Source of the DNA: a virus
IMG/VR virus record: IMGVR_UViG_3300037264_005839
Length of the DNA stretch: 64,000 nt
Direction: 5' to 3' (one strand)
A model generated the notes under the pieces. That model was given only the letters and a program-made list of their open reading frames with translations, searched no databases and was not told the DNA's origin. Made by a program: the position numbers and the translations under genes. Each line of letters opens with the position of its first letter. The first letter of the stretch is position 1. This document shows, piece by piece, positions 26,795 through 36,698 of this stretch.

Positions 26795-27367
26795 ATGCTG
26801 AGTCACCGCGTGCGTTTCGACGACGGCCCGGATGACCGCGCCGTGGAGCTGCGGCTTGAGGGGCATCACGTTCTGTCCTTCGATTGTCGCTGGCAAGCAA
26901 AGCAGTGGGTGCCAGACACCAAACCCTTCGCCAAGGCTCTCTGGGACTTTGACGCGCACGCGATCCGCGTCTCTGAGCGCGCGATGCCTCAGGCCCTCGT
27001 CGACGCAGCTAACCGAGCGTTCGGTCCTTTGATGCGCAAGGAGGAGCGCCCGCGACAAGCCAGCCTCTTCCCGAACGCCTGTTGCGTCTGTGGGGCCGAC
27101 CGCAACACGTACCCGGAGACAGCCATCCGCGATGGCTACGGCAACATCTGCGAGACACGCGGCCAGAAGTGGGTGACCCCGGACGAGCCCATCAGGACGC
27201 CCTGCCACGTGTGTGATCGTCTCGTCTGCCGAATGTGCATGCTGACACGCCCAGACTCCGGCTCCATGCAGGAGTACTACTTCCACACGTACTGCTCGGA
27301 GGCATGCCGCAGGGCGGCCCCCTCGAGGTTTGCCCACGACGACGAGTCGATGAGTTTCGGCTCCTGA
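26795..27367 (+). CDS. hypothetical Cys-rich protein
   Basis: TAGATG junction; CCVCG, CHVCDRLVCRMC. Confidence 0.5.
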   Translation: MLSHRVRFDDGPDDRAVELRLEGHHVLSFDCRWQAKQWVPDTKPFAKALWDFDAHAIRVSERAMPQALVDAANRAFGPLMRKEERPRQASLFPNACCVCGADRNTYPETAIRDGYGNICETRGQKWVTPDEPIRTPCHVCDRLVCRMCMLTRPDSGSMQEYYFHTYCSEACRRAAPSRFAHDDESMSFGS

Positions 27368-27420
27368 CGTTGGGAACAAACAACACTCAACTCTGATTCC
27401 CTCTACGAAACGACGACCCT

Positions 27421-27993
27421 ATGGACTTCCTCGCTTGGCACAACGTGCTGTTCCTCTCCTCGACCGGCATCGGCATCTTGATTGCCATCAGCGCTGCCCT
27501 CGGAGCCGCAGACCTCGACGACCCGGACTTTGACGAGGGAGGTGGCTCAGAGGGTCCTCGACATGGGATCCTGAGTTTCCTCGATCTCGGTCATATCCCC
27601 TTCACCGTTCTCCTCCTGGTCTCGAGCCTCACGTTCGGGATCACCGGCGTGGCCGGGAGTTTAACGGCCGCGAAATTGCTCGGCAGTGACGGGCCCTGGA
27701 TGGGCGTCGTGCTGGTGGTGATCGCCTTCGCCGTCATGATCTTTCTGACCGGACGCCTCGCGCGACTGATCATCAAACACGTGCCTGCTTCCGAGACGCA
27801 TGTAGCGAGCCCGGTCGACGTTGTTGGGCACGAAGGGGTGATGTTCACGTTCTCGTTCGCCGACGTGTGCATCGGAGCAGACGTGCACAGGATCTCGTGC
27901 AGGAGCGAGAGCACCCTCGCTCCCGGAGCGCGCGTTCACGTGCTCAGCTACGACGACGACACCAAGACCTACGAAGTCACTCCGCTCAACTGA
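27421..27993 (+). CDS. NfeD-like membrane protein
   Basis: three TM segments plus a C-terminal beta-barrel-like tail; immediately upstream of the flotillin gene. Confidence 0.6.
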   Translation: MDFLAWHNVLFLSSTGIGILIAISAALGAADLDDPDFDEGGGSEGPRHGILSFLDLGHIPFTVLLLVSSLTFGITGVAGSLTAAKLLGSDGPWMGVVLVVIAFAVMIFLTGRLARLIIKHVPASETHVASPVDVVGHEGVMFTFSFADVCIGADVHRISCRSESTLAPGARVHVLSYDDDTKTYEVTPLN

Positions 27994-28017
27994 GCCTCAC
28001 CAGGAACATACAGACAA

Positions 28018-29856
28018 ATGGCACTCACACTCCTCTTCATCGTTGGGTTGCTGCTTTTGGCAGCCCCCATTCTCCTGCCAATCTTTGGCATCAACATCCC
28101 CCTCTCCGCCACCTTCGCCATGCTCGGTGTGGGCGGCTCTCTGGTCGGCCTCATCGGCCTCCTGTGGATCTTCAAGAAGCTGTACGTCAAGACGCGCGCC
28201 GACTTGGCGTTCGTGCGCACGGGACGAGGGTTCAAGATCATCAAGGATGGGGGCAGCATCGTGATCCCGTTCCTGCACGAGATCATCTGGGTCTCGCTGC
28301 GTACTTTCGAGGTGAAGGTGGAGCGCCGAGACAAGGATGCTCTCCTGACGAAGGACAAACTGCGGGCAAACATCGCCGCCGAGTTCTACGTGAAGGTCAA
28401 GCCGGACGACGACGCCATCGGAGCGGCGAGCCGTTCTTTCGGTGAGGAGATGAACGCACATGGCATCCTCCGCATCGTCGAGAAAAAGTTGATCAGCAAC
28501 CTGCGCACCGTTGCCGCGCAGAAGACTCTTGAGGAGCTGAACTCGGACCGCGCAGCTTTCATGGAGCAGGTGACCCACCTCTGCGCGCAGGATCTGATCC
28601 ACAACGGCCTCACACTGGAGTCGGCGGCCATCTCGTCGCTGGACCAGACGAGCAGTGAACACCTGGACCCGAAGAATGTCTTCGACGCCCAAGGCCTCAG
28701 GACCATCGCCGACATCACGGAGGCGAACATGACCCACACAAACAAGCTCCAACGCAACGGCGAGGAGGCGCGCAAGCGCCAAGACGTCGAAACGCGCAAG
28801 GCCATGCTCTCGCTCGAGCAGGAGCGGGAAAAGGCCGAGGCCGAGCAGATAGCCGAGATCAAGCGCATCAAGGCTGAACAGGGGCGACTGGCCCGCGAGA
28901 AGGAGATCGAGGCTACGAAGGCGGTCGAGCTCGCAGAGGTTGAGAAGCACGAGCGTATCGAGGTTGCCAAGAAGGCACAGGAGCAGGCTGTCGAGGTCGC
29001 CGCGCAGGCGAAGGAGCAAGCCGTCGAGGTTGCCACCAGGGCCAAGGAAGCCGCCATCTCCACGGCCGAGAAGGAGCGCGCCGAGAAACAGGCCGAGCAG
29101 GCCGACGCCGAGCGACTGCGTCAGGAGAAGACGGAGGCAATCAAGACCGTCACCATGGTGCAGGAGGCCGAGCGCAAGAAGCAGCAGGCGATCATCGAAG
29201 CGCAGGCTGAGGCCGAGCGCAAGCTGATCTCCGCGCAGAAAGGTGCCGACGCCGAGGCGTACAAGGTGGAGAAAGACGCCGCGGCCCGGAAGGCGGCTGC
29301 TGATGCCGACGCTGAGGCCACGCGCAAGAAGGCCGAGGCGGACAAAGACGCCGAAATCGCCCGCGCAGAGGGCGAGAAGGCGAGGGCCATGGTGCCTATT
29401 GAGGTCAAGAAGGCCGAGCTCGCCATCGAAAAAAGCCGGATCGAGGAGGTCGTCAAGCCGGAACTCGAGGCTCGCGATGCTCACGGCCAGTCGGCGCAGG
29501 AGTTTGAGCTGGCGAAGCTGTATATCGAGGAGCACGCCAAGGTGGAGATCGAGCGCGCGAAGGCCAGCGTCGAGATCTACCGCAAGGTCGAGGTGCAGGC
29601 TTTCACCACGCTCGAGCAGATGGCTGCCGTGCAGCAGCAAGTCGTCCGGGGTCACGGGCTCGCCGGCATGATCAATGGATTTCGCGAGAATCTCGACGTT
29701 GACTCGGCATCTGAGGCAGTCGGAGCCATCAAGAGCATCATCGAAGCTATTCGCGGGTCGCAGCCCAAGTCGGGATCGAACGGAGCACCTGAACCCAAAA
29801 CGGTCGCTCCGAGCGTTTCTCCAGCACCCGCCGCGAAGCCGACGCCCGCAGGCTGA
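28018..29856 (+). CDS. flotillin-like SPFH/band-7 protein
   Basis: N-terminal TM, SPFH core, long E/A/K-rich coiled coil (YqiK/FloT architecture). Confidence 0.8.
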   Translation: MALTLLFIVGLLLLAAPILLPIFGINIPLSATFAMLGVGGSLVGLIGLLWIFKKLYVKTRADLAFVRTGRGFKIIKDGGSIVIPFLHEIIWVSLRTFEVKVERRDKDALLTKDKLRANIAAEFYVKVKPDDDAIGAASRSFGEEMNAHGILRIVEKKLISNLRTVAAQKTLEELNSDRAAFMEQVTHLCAQDLIHNGLTLESAAISSLDQTSSEHLDPKNVFDAQGLRTIADITEANMTHTNKLQRNGEEARKRQDVETRKAMLSLEQEREKAEAEQIAEIKRIKAEQGRLAREKEIEATKAVELAEVEKHERIEVAKKAQEQAVEVAAQAKEQAVEVATRAKEAAISTAEKERAEKQAEQADAERLRQEKTEAIKTVTMVQEAERKKQQAIIEAQAEAERKLISAQKGADAEAYKVEKDAAARKAAADADAEATRKKAEADKDAEIARAEGEKARAMVPIEVKKAELAIEKSRIEEVVKPELEARDAHGQSAQEFELAKLYIEEHAKVEIERAKASVEIYRKVEVQAFTTLEQMAAVQQQVVRGHGLAGMINGFRENLDVDSASEAVGAIKSIIEAIRGSQPKSGSNGAPEPKTVAPSVSPAPAAKPTPAG

Positions 29857-29906
29857 TCTTCGAACAGCCCGGAGAGCCCCCACCCTCCGGGCTGTATCAT
29901 GTCGAC

Positions 29907-30122
29907 ATGGCCAGCTCTCCGGCTTGTTCAACCATCAGCGACCCCGCATACGCGACCGAGACCGAGGTCGTGATCCTTCGCGGTCGCGTCACCGAGCTGG
30001 AAGCGCTCGTGGAGCTCCTTCAGAAGAAGATCGAGACAATGGAGAGCGAAAATGTCGAACTCCGAATGGTTGTGAAGGGAATGCGCGACGGGGTGTGGCT
30101 TAGTCAAGGCGACCGGCTTTAG
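29907..30122 (+). CDS. hypothetical small coiled-coil protein
   Basis: 71-aa ORF. Confidence 0.4.
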   Translation: MASSPACSTISDPAYATETEVVILRGRVTELEALVELLQKKIETMESENVELRMVVKGMRDGVWLSQGDRL

Positions 30123-30243
30123 CGTGGCGACCGTGTGCCAGAGAAGACGCACGCGGGATCACCTTTGAGGCCCTTCCGATGTGCCAGAACCTCCTAGAAG
30201 GGGCAATTCAAGGACCATCCGTGCGAGGAGTATAACGAGGGCG

Positions 30244-30903
30244 ATGCTTTCGGTCTTGCACAATGTGGTCGATCTCGACCTCCTCGGTCTCCTGCGAAAA
30301 CGAAGGGACTGGCGGTCGGTGCATGTCACCTACCACCCGCCACGTGTCGAGCGACTGTGGATCCAGCACGGATCGTTTCGCGTCTTCCTCCACCGCATCT
30401 GGCCATGCGAGGAAGGGGAAGCTCTGCTCCACCCGCATCAGTGGCCCTCTGCCGTGCAGGTGATGAGCGGTAGCTACGAGCACTTGACCGCGTCTCTGGA
30501 CGAAACATCGCCTCGGTCTTCCCCAGACCACGGTCCCATTCTGTGCCGGTCGATTCTGACGGCCGGGTGCTCGTACGAGATGACGCACCCACATGCGTGG
30601 CATTCGGTACGTCCACTCGGAGGGCCCTCTGACTCCATCATGGTCGTCGGACCCCTCTATGCGCCCGCACCGACGATGCCCAGCCCCCCGACAGAGAAGC
30701 AGGGACCCTTGTTACAGGAGCGCTTCGACGCGCTGTTCGAGATGTGGCACGACCTCCTCGACCGCCGCGTGGAGTGCCACGGGTGCGGATGGGAAGGACG
30801 TCGCAGCCACTTGGCCCACTTTGCAGTGGAATCCCCATACGCACGCTGCCCTGAGTGTCTCGATGAGGATCAGGTATGCAGCTTGGACAGGAAGGAAGCA
30901 TGA
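30244..30903 (+). CDS. hypothetical protein (cupin-like?)
   Basis: ATG directly after GAGTATAACGAGGGCG; C-terminal CHGCG...CPEC. Confidence 0.5.
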   Translation: MLSVLHNVVDLDLLGLLRKRRDWRSVHVTYHPPRVERLWIQHGSFRVFLHRIWPCEEGEALLHPHQWPSAVQVMSGSYEHLTASLDETSPRSSPDHGPILCRSILTAGCSYEMTHPHAWHSVRPLGGPSDSIMVVGPLYAPAPTMPSPPTEKQGPLLQERFDALFEMWHDLLDRRVECHGCGWEGRRSHLAHFAVESPYARCPECLDEDQVCSLDRKEA

Positions 30904-31283
30904 GCGACGAGAAAATCAAACAAGAGATGCTCGTTGTCCACAAGGTGATGGCCGAGGCGGTCGCCGAGTGGAGTCAAGAGGTGGGTCTCGATAGTCTGTC
31001 ACAGGAGACACAAGACGCCCTCGTGTCGACGTTTCAGGATGGCTACGGGGCATGCCTCAATCGCACGCTGCGTCCCGCCGTCGATCTGTCGATGGTGCTG
31101 CTCCAGATGATCTCGCTACAGCGAAACAACGGAGCCAAGGATTTCAGGATCTCATCCGAGGCATTGGGCTTCCTGGAGAACTTGTGTAACAAGATCGTGG
31201 GGCTTCCCGAGCAGTGGCAACTCGACGACGTGGTCGAAACCGTCAACGCAGGGGATCTCCCTGACGAGGAGAAGACGGAGTAG
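30900..31283 (+). CDS. hypothetical protein
   Basis: ATGA overlap; 127 aa. Confidence 0.5.
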   Translation: MSDEKIKQEMLVVHKVMAEAVAEWSQEVGLDSLSQETQDALVSTFQDGYGACLNRTLRPAVDLSMVLLQMISLQRNNGAKDFRISSEALGFLENLCNKIVGLPEQWQLDDVVETVNAGDLPDEEKTE

Positions 31284-31290
31284 ACGCATC

Positions 31291-31536
31291 GTGAACGCGT
31301 CAGCACGTGGCTTCGACAAGTTATCGCCGGAGGAAAGAGGGGTCCTCGCGCGCACCCTCCTCGACAAGGCATCGTCGGTGACGCCAGAGGAGGAAGAGGA
31401 TCTCTCCGTGCTGATGCTCATGGGCCTTGGACTGACGGAGAAGGAGGCACGGGCAGACCTCGACCTGCGGCGCCGGCAGCAGGCCAGCATGACGCCTCGA
31501 CCCCCGAAGAAGATGATGCCCCCATGGATGCGCTGA
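31291..31536 (+). CDS. hypothetical small protein
   Basis: GTG start; 81 aa. Confidence 0.4.
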   Translation: MNASARGFDKLSPEERGVLARTLLDKASSVTPEEEEDLSVLMLMGLGLTEKEARADLDLRRRQQASMTPRPPKKMMPPWMR

Positions 31537-31835
31537 GCTGTCCTCCGTGCCCCGTCTGTGGCCGACCAATGGTGCCGGGACCCTCCGTGGGGGATCACCA
31601 TCTCGTCCCCAAGCTCAAGGGTGGGAAGGTGGCTGAACCTGTTCACCAAGTCTGCCACGGCAAGATTCACGCGACCTGGGACGAGAACCAGCTCCGCGAC
31701 GAGTACAACACGTGGAAGAAGATCCGCGAAGCCCCGGAGATGCAATTGTTCATCACGTGGGTCCGCAAGAAACCCCCAGAATTCAGGGACAGCAGCAAGA
31801 TGCGCAACGGACACAAGCGAAGGAAGAGGCACTGA
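31524..31835 (+). CDS. HNH endonuclease
   Basis: CPPCPVCG...DHHLVPKLKGGK...HQVCHGKIH. Confidence 0.7.
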   Translation: MDALSCPPCPVCGRPMVPGPSVGDHHLVPKLKGGKVAEPVHQVCHGKIHATWDENQLRDEYNTWKKIREAPEMQLFITWVRKKPPEFRDSSKMRNGHKRRKRH

Positions 31836-32326
31836 TGGGTGTCGAGGTCACGGCCTACCTGGGCCCCTACGTCGAGTACACCGTACGGGTGCTGCCGCGT
31901 ACGGTCAGCCGTTGCCCGGAACCAGCCGCGTGCCCGAAACCTACCGAGAACTTCTGTCAACGCTGCGGCAAGAGGGCGTCGGACATCCTAGTGCTGACCA
32001 ATTACGAGGAGCCAAAGGTGGACTTCACCGAGGACTATGACGAGGCGTTCTACACGACGAACTTCTACTCGCAACCCATGATTTTTGAGGGCCGGTGCAG
32101 CTACAGAGCGCTCCCGAATCAGAGTCGTCCGGGACGCCCAGAGCGCGAGGATCGATGGGACGCCAAGCGTGGCGAGGAGACGGCAACGAACGTGGCTCCC
32201 GAACAGATCGGCGTGGAGACGGCGTGGTTTGAGACGGCCTTCGCCCCGGAGCTCAAGAAGCTGCGAGACCAGTGTGGTCATGACAACGTACGAGTCCTGT
32301 GGGGGCTCATCATCTACTGCTCCTGA
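31835..32326 (+). CDS. hypothetical protein
   Basis: TGATG overlap; 163 aa; CQRCGK. Confidence 0.5.
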   Translation: MGVEVTAYLGPYVEYTVRVLPRTVSRCPEPAACPKPTENFCQRCGKRASDILVLTNYEEPKVDFTEDYDEAFYTTNFYSQPMIFEGRCSYRALPNQSRPGRPEREDRWDAKRGEETATNVAPEQIGVETAWFETAFAPELKKLRDQCGHDNVRVLWGLIIYCS

Positions 32327-32345
32327 CCTGAGAGGAAAACGAACG

Positions 32346-33230
32346 ATGGACAAGTACATGCTCGAGGAGAGGACCAAGAAGACCGAGTACTTGGTGGAAG
32401 CTGACAACTTTGCCATCCTGAGTCTGTGGCGATGTTATGCCGAGGACGCGATCGAGAAGTTCGGCGACTGGCCTCGATACTCGTGGAAGCAACAGCAGCC
32501 CTCCTGCGGCATTGAGATCGGGCAGCTTGCCGGGTACCCGGTCATGCTCTCACTCGAGTGGAACGTGGTGGGAGGCGCACTGCTGTGCTTCTTCTCAAGC
32601 CCGAGCCGCGTCGTGGATCACCAGATGGTTCGTGATTTCTTGGCGGAACACTTCCCGAACGTGCCCAGGACCGATGCCGTCAACTTCCCATGTGAGCACC
32701 TCCAGCGTCGGGAAGCACCGCCGGTGATCCTTGAGGAGAATGCCCGCACCCTCGGCCGCGAGGCCCTCGAGCGATTCGCCTCACAGGGCATCTTGACGAC
32801 TCAAGAACTCGAGCTTGCCGAGGTGGCCGCCATGCGTGGAGAGGAAGGTGCCGATGCTCTCGTGCGAGCCGTCAGGCAAGTCGGAGATGCCTGCGACCAC
32901 TTCCGGGAGAAGGTGTGGTTGCGGTGGCTCAAGGGCTATTACGACTCCTCACCGGACCGGGGTCACCTCGCGGAGTCTGACAATCTCACCCTGATGGTTT
33001 ACGGCCTCGCTGGGCGCGTCATGGTGACCCTACGCCGGCGCAACCCAGAGAAGACCGACCAATACGTTTCGCTGCTCGGGTACGATGGCAAGGGAGGAGA
33101 CAACATGTATGTTCGGGGAGGGTACGGGACCGCGGAGGATCTCTCCGAGATGATCAACGAGGCCGTGCGTCTTGATGACTCCCTCCAAAAGGGCATCCGA
33201 CCCGACAGCGAGATCCAGCTAGGCATCTGA
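32346..33230 (+). CDS. hypothetical protein
   Basis: GAGAGGAAAA RBS; 294 aa. Confidence 0.55.
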   Translation: MDKYMLEERTKKTEYLVEADNFAILSLWRCYAEDAIEKFGDWPRYSWKQQQPSCGIEIGQLAGYPVMLSLEWNVVGGALLCFFSSPSRVVDHQMVRDFLAEHFPNVPRTDAVNFPCEHLQRREAPPVILEENARTLGREALERFASQGILTTQELELAEVAAMRGEEGADALVRAVRQVGDACDHFREKVWLRWLKGYYDSSPDRGHLAESDNLTLMVYGLAGRVMVTLRRRNPEKTDQYVSLLGYDGKGGDNMYVRGGYGTAEDLSEMINEAVRLDDSLQKGIRPDSEIQLGI

Positions 33231-33237
33231 AAGAAAC

Positions 33238-33699
33238 ATGGCATTCACTGAACAGCAGGCACTTGAGAAGGCCGTGTTGGTCGCTGCGATGTCGCCATGC
33301 GCCAAGAGCAAGCGCGGGGTGGTCATCTTCCACCGGCGCCAGGGGATCGTTGCGACCGGGTTCAACCATCCGCCCCACCCTTTCAAGTGCGACGGATCGG
33401 AAGAATGCCGCACCAACTGCAACAAGGTCTGCGTTCACGCTGAGACGGCGGCCCTTCACGACCTCAGACTTCAACTCGTGCGACTGCACCCGAACACCCT
33501 TGAGATGCTGCACGTCAAAGCCGTCGACGGTACGGCCGTAGCGAGCGGTCCTCCTTCGTGCTGGCAGTGCTCGCGCGAGATCCTCGAGGCGCGCATCTCC
33601 GCCTTCTGGCTACTGCATGCCGAGGGGTTGCGCCGTTACACGGCCGAGGAGTTTCACACTCTAACCATGCAGCAATGCGGGCTGCCGGTGATCCGATGA
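33238..33699 (+). CDS. dCMP/cytidine-deaminase-fold zinc enzyme
   Basis: VHAETAAL ... PCWQC (H-x-E ... PC-x2-C zinc site). Confidence 0.7.
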   Translation: MAFTEQQALEKAVLVAAMSPCAKSKRGVVIFHRRQGIVATGFNHPPHPFKCDGSEECRTNCNKVCVHAETAALHDLRLQLVRLHPNTLEMLHVKAVDGTAVASGPPSCWQCSREILEARISAFWLLHAEGLRRYTAEEFHTLTMQQCGLPVIR

Positions 33700-34838
33700 A
33701 GATCGTCTACGCTCTCCAAGAACCTCCCACCACGATCGAACGATCCGTGTTCCTCGCAGGACCCACTCCCAGGGCCGAGACAGGGGGCAGCTCGTGGCGC
33801 CCGGCCATGCTCGACGCCCTGCGGGCTGCCGGATACGACGGGGTCGTATACGTCCCTGAGACCGAGGACGGACGGTGGCAGCACAGCTACGTCGATCAGG
33901 TTGGGTGGGAGCAGCGGTACTTGGACCAAGCCGACCTCATCCTGGTGTGGGTGCCGCGAGATCTCTCGATCCTTCCCGGATTCACGACGAACTTCGAGAT
34001 GGGTGAGCGGCTGTCGTCGGGCCGTCTCGTGTACGGGCGCCCAGACGGAGCTCCCAAGACCCAGTATCTCGACCGACGCGTGTTTCTTGAGCCCGGTGGT
34101 TTCGTGCACCAGACCATGAACAGTCTTGCCGAGGAGACGGTCGTTCGACTTGGCCGCCCACATCCGAGGACGGATGGGGAGCGGTCTGTCCCGGCCCTCG
34201 TGTGGGCAAGCCCACAGTTCCAAGCATGGTACGCGTCGGTGCGTGACGCCGGCAATCGTCTCGACGACGCGCGCATTCTGTGGGTGTTCCGCGTTGGGCC
34301 AGGCGCGCGCTTCCTGTTCTCGTACGCCTTGTGGGTCAAGGTCTGGGTGGCACAGGAAAACAGGCACAAGGAAAATGAGTACGTGTTCTCGCGGACGGAT
34401 ATCTCCTGCGTCGTGGCTCACCGCGGCGACGAGGTCGTCCTCGTTCGAGAGTTCCGCTCCCCGGGTCGCACGCGCGACGGATTCGTCCATGAACTTCCCG
34501 GAGGGTCCTCTTTCAAGCCAGGACGCGACCCGCTCGTCTGTGCCGCGGAGGAGCTGAGAGAAGAAACGGGACTGCGGGTGGACGCCTCGAGATTCCGCGT
34601 GGTCGGAGAACGTCAGGTCGCAGCCACTCTCTCGAGCCACACGGCGCATGTCTTCGCAGTAGAACTCACTGCCGAGGAGATAGCGTGGGCGCGCGCGGAA
34701 GCCGACGCAAGCATCTTCCGTGGAGTCGCGGCCGACTCCGAGCGCACGTACATCGAGGTTGTTACCGTTGGGGGGATCGTTCGTGACCGTCTGCTCGACT
34801 GGTCGAGCCTCGGCATGATCTTGGAGGCGCTCGCATGA
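33696..34838 (+). CDS. nucleoside 2-deoxyribosyltransferase-like domain fused to a NUDIX domain
   Basis: N-term IVYALQEPP..VFLAGP; C-term Nudix box GGSSFKPGRDPLVCAAEELREETGL. Confidence 0.6.
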   Translation: MKIVYALQEPPTTIERSVFLAGPTPRAETGGSSWRPAMLDALRAAGYDGVVYVPETEDGRWQHSYVDQVGWEQRYLDQADLILVWVPRDLSILPGFTTNFEMGERLSSGRLVYGRPDGAPKTQYLDRRVFLEPGGFVHQTMNSLAEETVVRLGRPHPRTDGERSVPALVWASPQFQAWYASVRDAGNRLDDARILWVFRVGPGARFLFSYALWVKVWVAQENRHKENEYVFSRTDISCVVAHRGDEVVLVREFRSPGRTRDGFVHELPGGSSFKPGRDPLVCAAEELREETGLRVDASRFRVVGERQVAATLSSHTAHVFAVELTAEEIAWARAEADASIFRGVAADSERTYIEVVTVGGIVRDRLLDWSSLGMILEALA

Positions 34839-35044
34839 GCGAGGGATCGAAGGAAGAGGTACCCGCAGGATGTCCGGGATGCAACCCAGACGGCGTCTTG
34901 CCTCTCCTGGAGGCCCGTAACATCAGGGTCGAGGAAGTACCGCGCCCACGACACGCGTGGACAGACATCATCGTATGCGAGGCATGCGGACGCGCGTGGT
35001 TAATGATCCCTCGCCGTGGAGATCCGGGAGCCCCGGTAGCATGA
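34835..35044 (+). CDS. hypothetical small zinc-ribbon protein
   Basis: ATGA overlap; CPGCN...CEACG. Confidence 0.45.
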   Translation: MSEGSKEEVPAGCPGCNPDGVLPLLEARNIRVEEVPRPRHAWTDIIVCEACGRAWLMIPRRGDPGAPVA

Positions 35045-35286
35045 CAGCCATGAGATCGCTCTTTTTGCTCTGCTTGTCCTCTTGCCTTGTCGCCTATGTG
35101 CGTCAGATGGTGCTACCTGCGTCCCAAAGTTTATGGCAGCAAGTGGCCAACAACCATCGGGGGCGGCGAGAAATTGCGATCAAGCACATTGAGAAGCTCG
35201 AGCGCATCCGTACCATTCTCGGGGTTGTGCTCCTGGTTCAGGTGATCGTGGTGGCGACGGCGACGATCATCTTGGTTACGCGCTGA
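35041..35286 (+). CDS. hypothetical small membrane protein
   Basis: ATGA overlap; N- and C-terminal hydrophobic segments. Confidence 0.4.
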   Translation: MTAMRSLFLLCLSSCLVAYVRQMVLPASQSLWQQVANNHRGRREIAIKHIEKLERIRTILGVVLLVQVIVVATATIILVTR

Positions 35287-35288
35287 CG

Positions 35289-35510
35289 TCATCGAGAGAC
35301 AGCCTCCAGCACCTGCATGGCTCGGCGAAGATGCCACTCGACGGCTGGCGCACTCCATCCATGCCGCATGGCGATGTCCCCCACCGTGAAATTCTCGAGC
35401 CAGCGCAGACGGCAGATGTACACGGTCCGGTCGTTCACGTTGGTCCGAGGCAATGGCGGCAGGAGTTCCTCGAGCCGCTCAAGGAGCAGGATCATGTCGC
35501 GCACGAGCAT
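35289..35510 (-). CDS. small sigma-70 region-4-like HTH protein
   Basis: RLRWLENFTVGDIAMRHGWSAPAVEWHLRRAMQVL. Confidence 0.5.
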   Translation of the reverse strand: MLVRDMILLLERLEELLPPLPRTNVNDRTVYICRLRWLENFTVGDIAMRHGWSAPAVEWHLRRAMQVLEAVSR

Positions 35511-35620
35511 AGTTGTACCGCGGAAGCAGTCGCGAGCACGGACGTTACTCCTCCTATCGTTTGGCGGAGGAAGCGAAACAGATCCAACGAGTCATTCGTG
35601 AAACTCTGGTGGGTAGAAGG

Positions 35621-36037
35621 ATGGAGATGTACCGAGCCGTTTGCGGATTCTATTTCTCTGAGGACCGAGAACGCGTCGTCCTGATCAGGAAGATGAGACC
35701 CTCGTGGCAGTTCGAGCTTCTCAACGGCGTGGGTGGGAAAGTCGAGGAAAACGAGTTCGCCAAGGACGCGATGGTCCGTGAGTTCGAGGAAGAGACGGGC
35801 GTCCACGTTGAGAACTGGATCCCATTCTGTGTCCACGAGGACTTATCGCACGGGGTGCACGTCACCTACTACCGGGCCTTCGGGGACGTGAGTGGCTGCC
35901 GTACGACCACGGACGAGAAGATCAGCGTCGAGTTCGTGGCACACTTGGTCCAGCTAGAGACGATCCAGAATTTGAGATGGATCGTGCCCATGGCACTGGA
36001 CCCGACGCTTCAAGAAGCGCACACTGTCTGGCGATGA
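35621..36037 (+). CDS. NUDIX hydrolase
   Basis: GGKVEENEFAKDAMVREFEEETGV; ATG directly after GGGTAGAAGG. Confidence 0.7.
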   Translation: MEMYRAVCGFYFSEDRERVVLIRKMRPSWQFELLNGVGGKVEENEFAKDAMVREFEEETGVHVENWIPFCVHEDLSHGVHVTYYRAFGDVSGCRTTTDEKISVEFVAHLVQLETIQNLRWIVPMALDPTLQEAHTVWR

Positions 36038-36069
36038 TTCCCCTCGCCGAAAAGAAGGCAAACTGACCC

Positions 36070-36303
36070 GTGGCCAAACAGCAAACGAGACGAGCCATCA
36101 GCATCCGAGGACTTACCTACCAGCGGATCAAAGATCACTGCGACGCGATCGGCAAACCCATCAGTGGGTGGATTGAGGAGATCGTCTCCGAAAAGCTCGA
36201 CGAGCTCGGCGTCCCTGAATCATCTGTACTGCGTCCTCGGCCTCCGGCGCCTCCTCGCGCCACGAAGTCGGATGACTTCAAGGGCAGTCACTTCACGTTC
36301 TAG
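36070..36303 (+). CDS. ribbon-helix-helix (CopG/Arc-like) DNA-binding protein
   Basis: RRAISIRGLTYQRIKDHCDAIGKPISGWIEEIV. Confidence 0.5.
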   Translation: MAKQQTRRAISIRGLTYQRIKDHCDAIGKPISGWIEEIVSEKLDELGVPESSVLRPRPPAPPRATKSDDFKGSHFTF

Positions 36304-36698
36304 CCACTCTCGGCCCACTCCTTGGTCCGCTCCGCCCGGTCTCGGATCGTGGAGAACATCTCTTCCAAGCTCTCGTAGTGACGACAGCGTAGAGCATGCT
36401 CGGAAATCCGCACGACCTCCCCGTACCAGCGGTTATCGACTCTCCGTCCAGAGTGCTTGATGGAGTCGGCTCCGAACTCGATCAAGTCTCCCTCCACTAA
36501 AGCTATCACGTTGTAGCGGAGCCGCCCTCGTCCTCGCGGACACCATGTCCGCGACACGCCCCCGGGCGCGCAACCATCGGGCGCAATGACGGCCAGCCAG
36601 TTACGAGCCTGCGGGAAGAAGTCATTCCAGACAGGAGGCCCGACGACATGCCAGTCCTCAAGGGGAAGCTCGTAGCAGGTGCCCTCGTCGTCTGTCAC
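36300..36698 (-). CDS. hypothetical protein
   Basis: GTG start overlapping the stop of the upstream minus-strand gene (GTGA); the longer ORF to 36860 would overlap that gene by 165 nt. Confidence 0.45.
   Translation of the reverse strand: MTDDEGTCYELPLEDWHVVGPPVWNDFFPQARNWLAVIAPDGCAPGGVSRTWCPRGRGRLRYNVIALVEGDLIEFGADSIKHSGRRVDNRWYGEVVRISEHALRCRHYESLEEMFSTIRDRAERTKEWAESG

Noticed and set aside
27997-29931. 644-aa minus-strand ORF antisense to the flotillin gene
   Set aside because: It is a shadow of the E/A/K-rich coiled-coil region. The flotillin frame has the SPFH motifs and a proper start.
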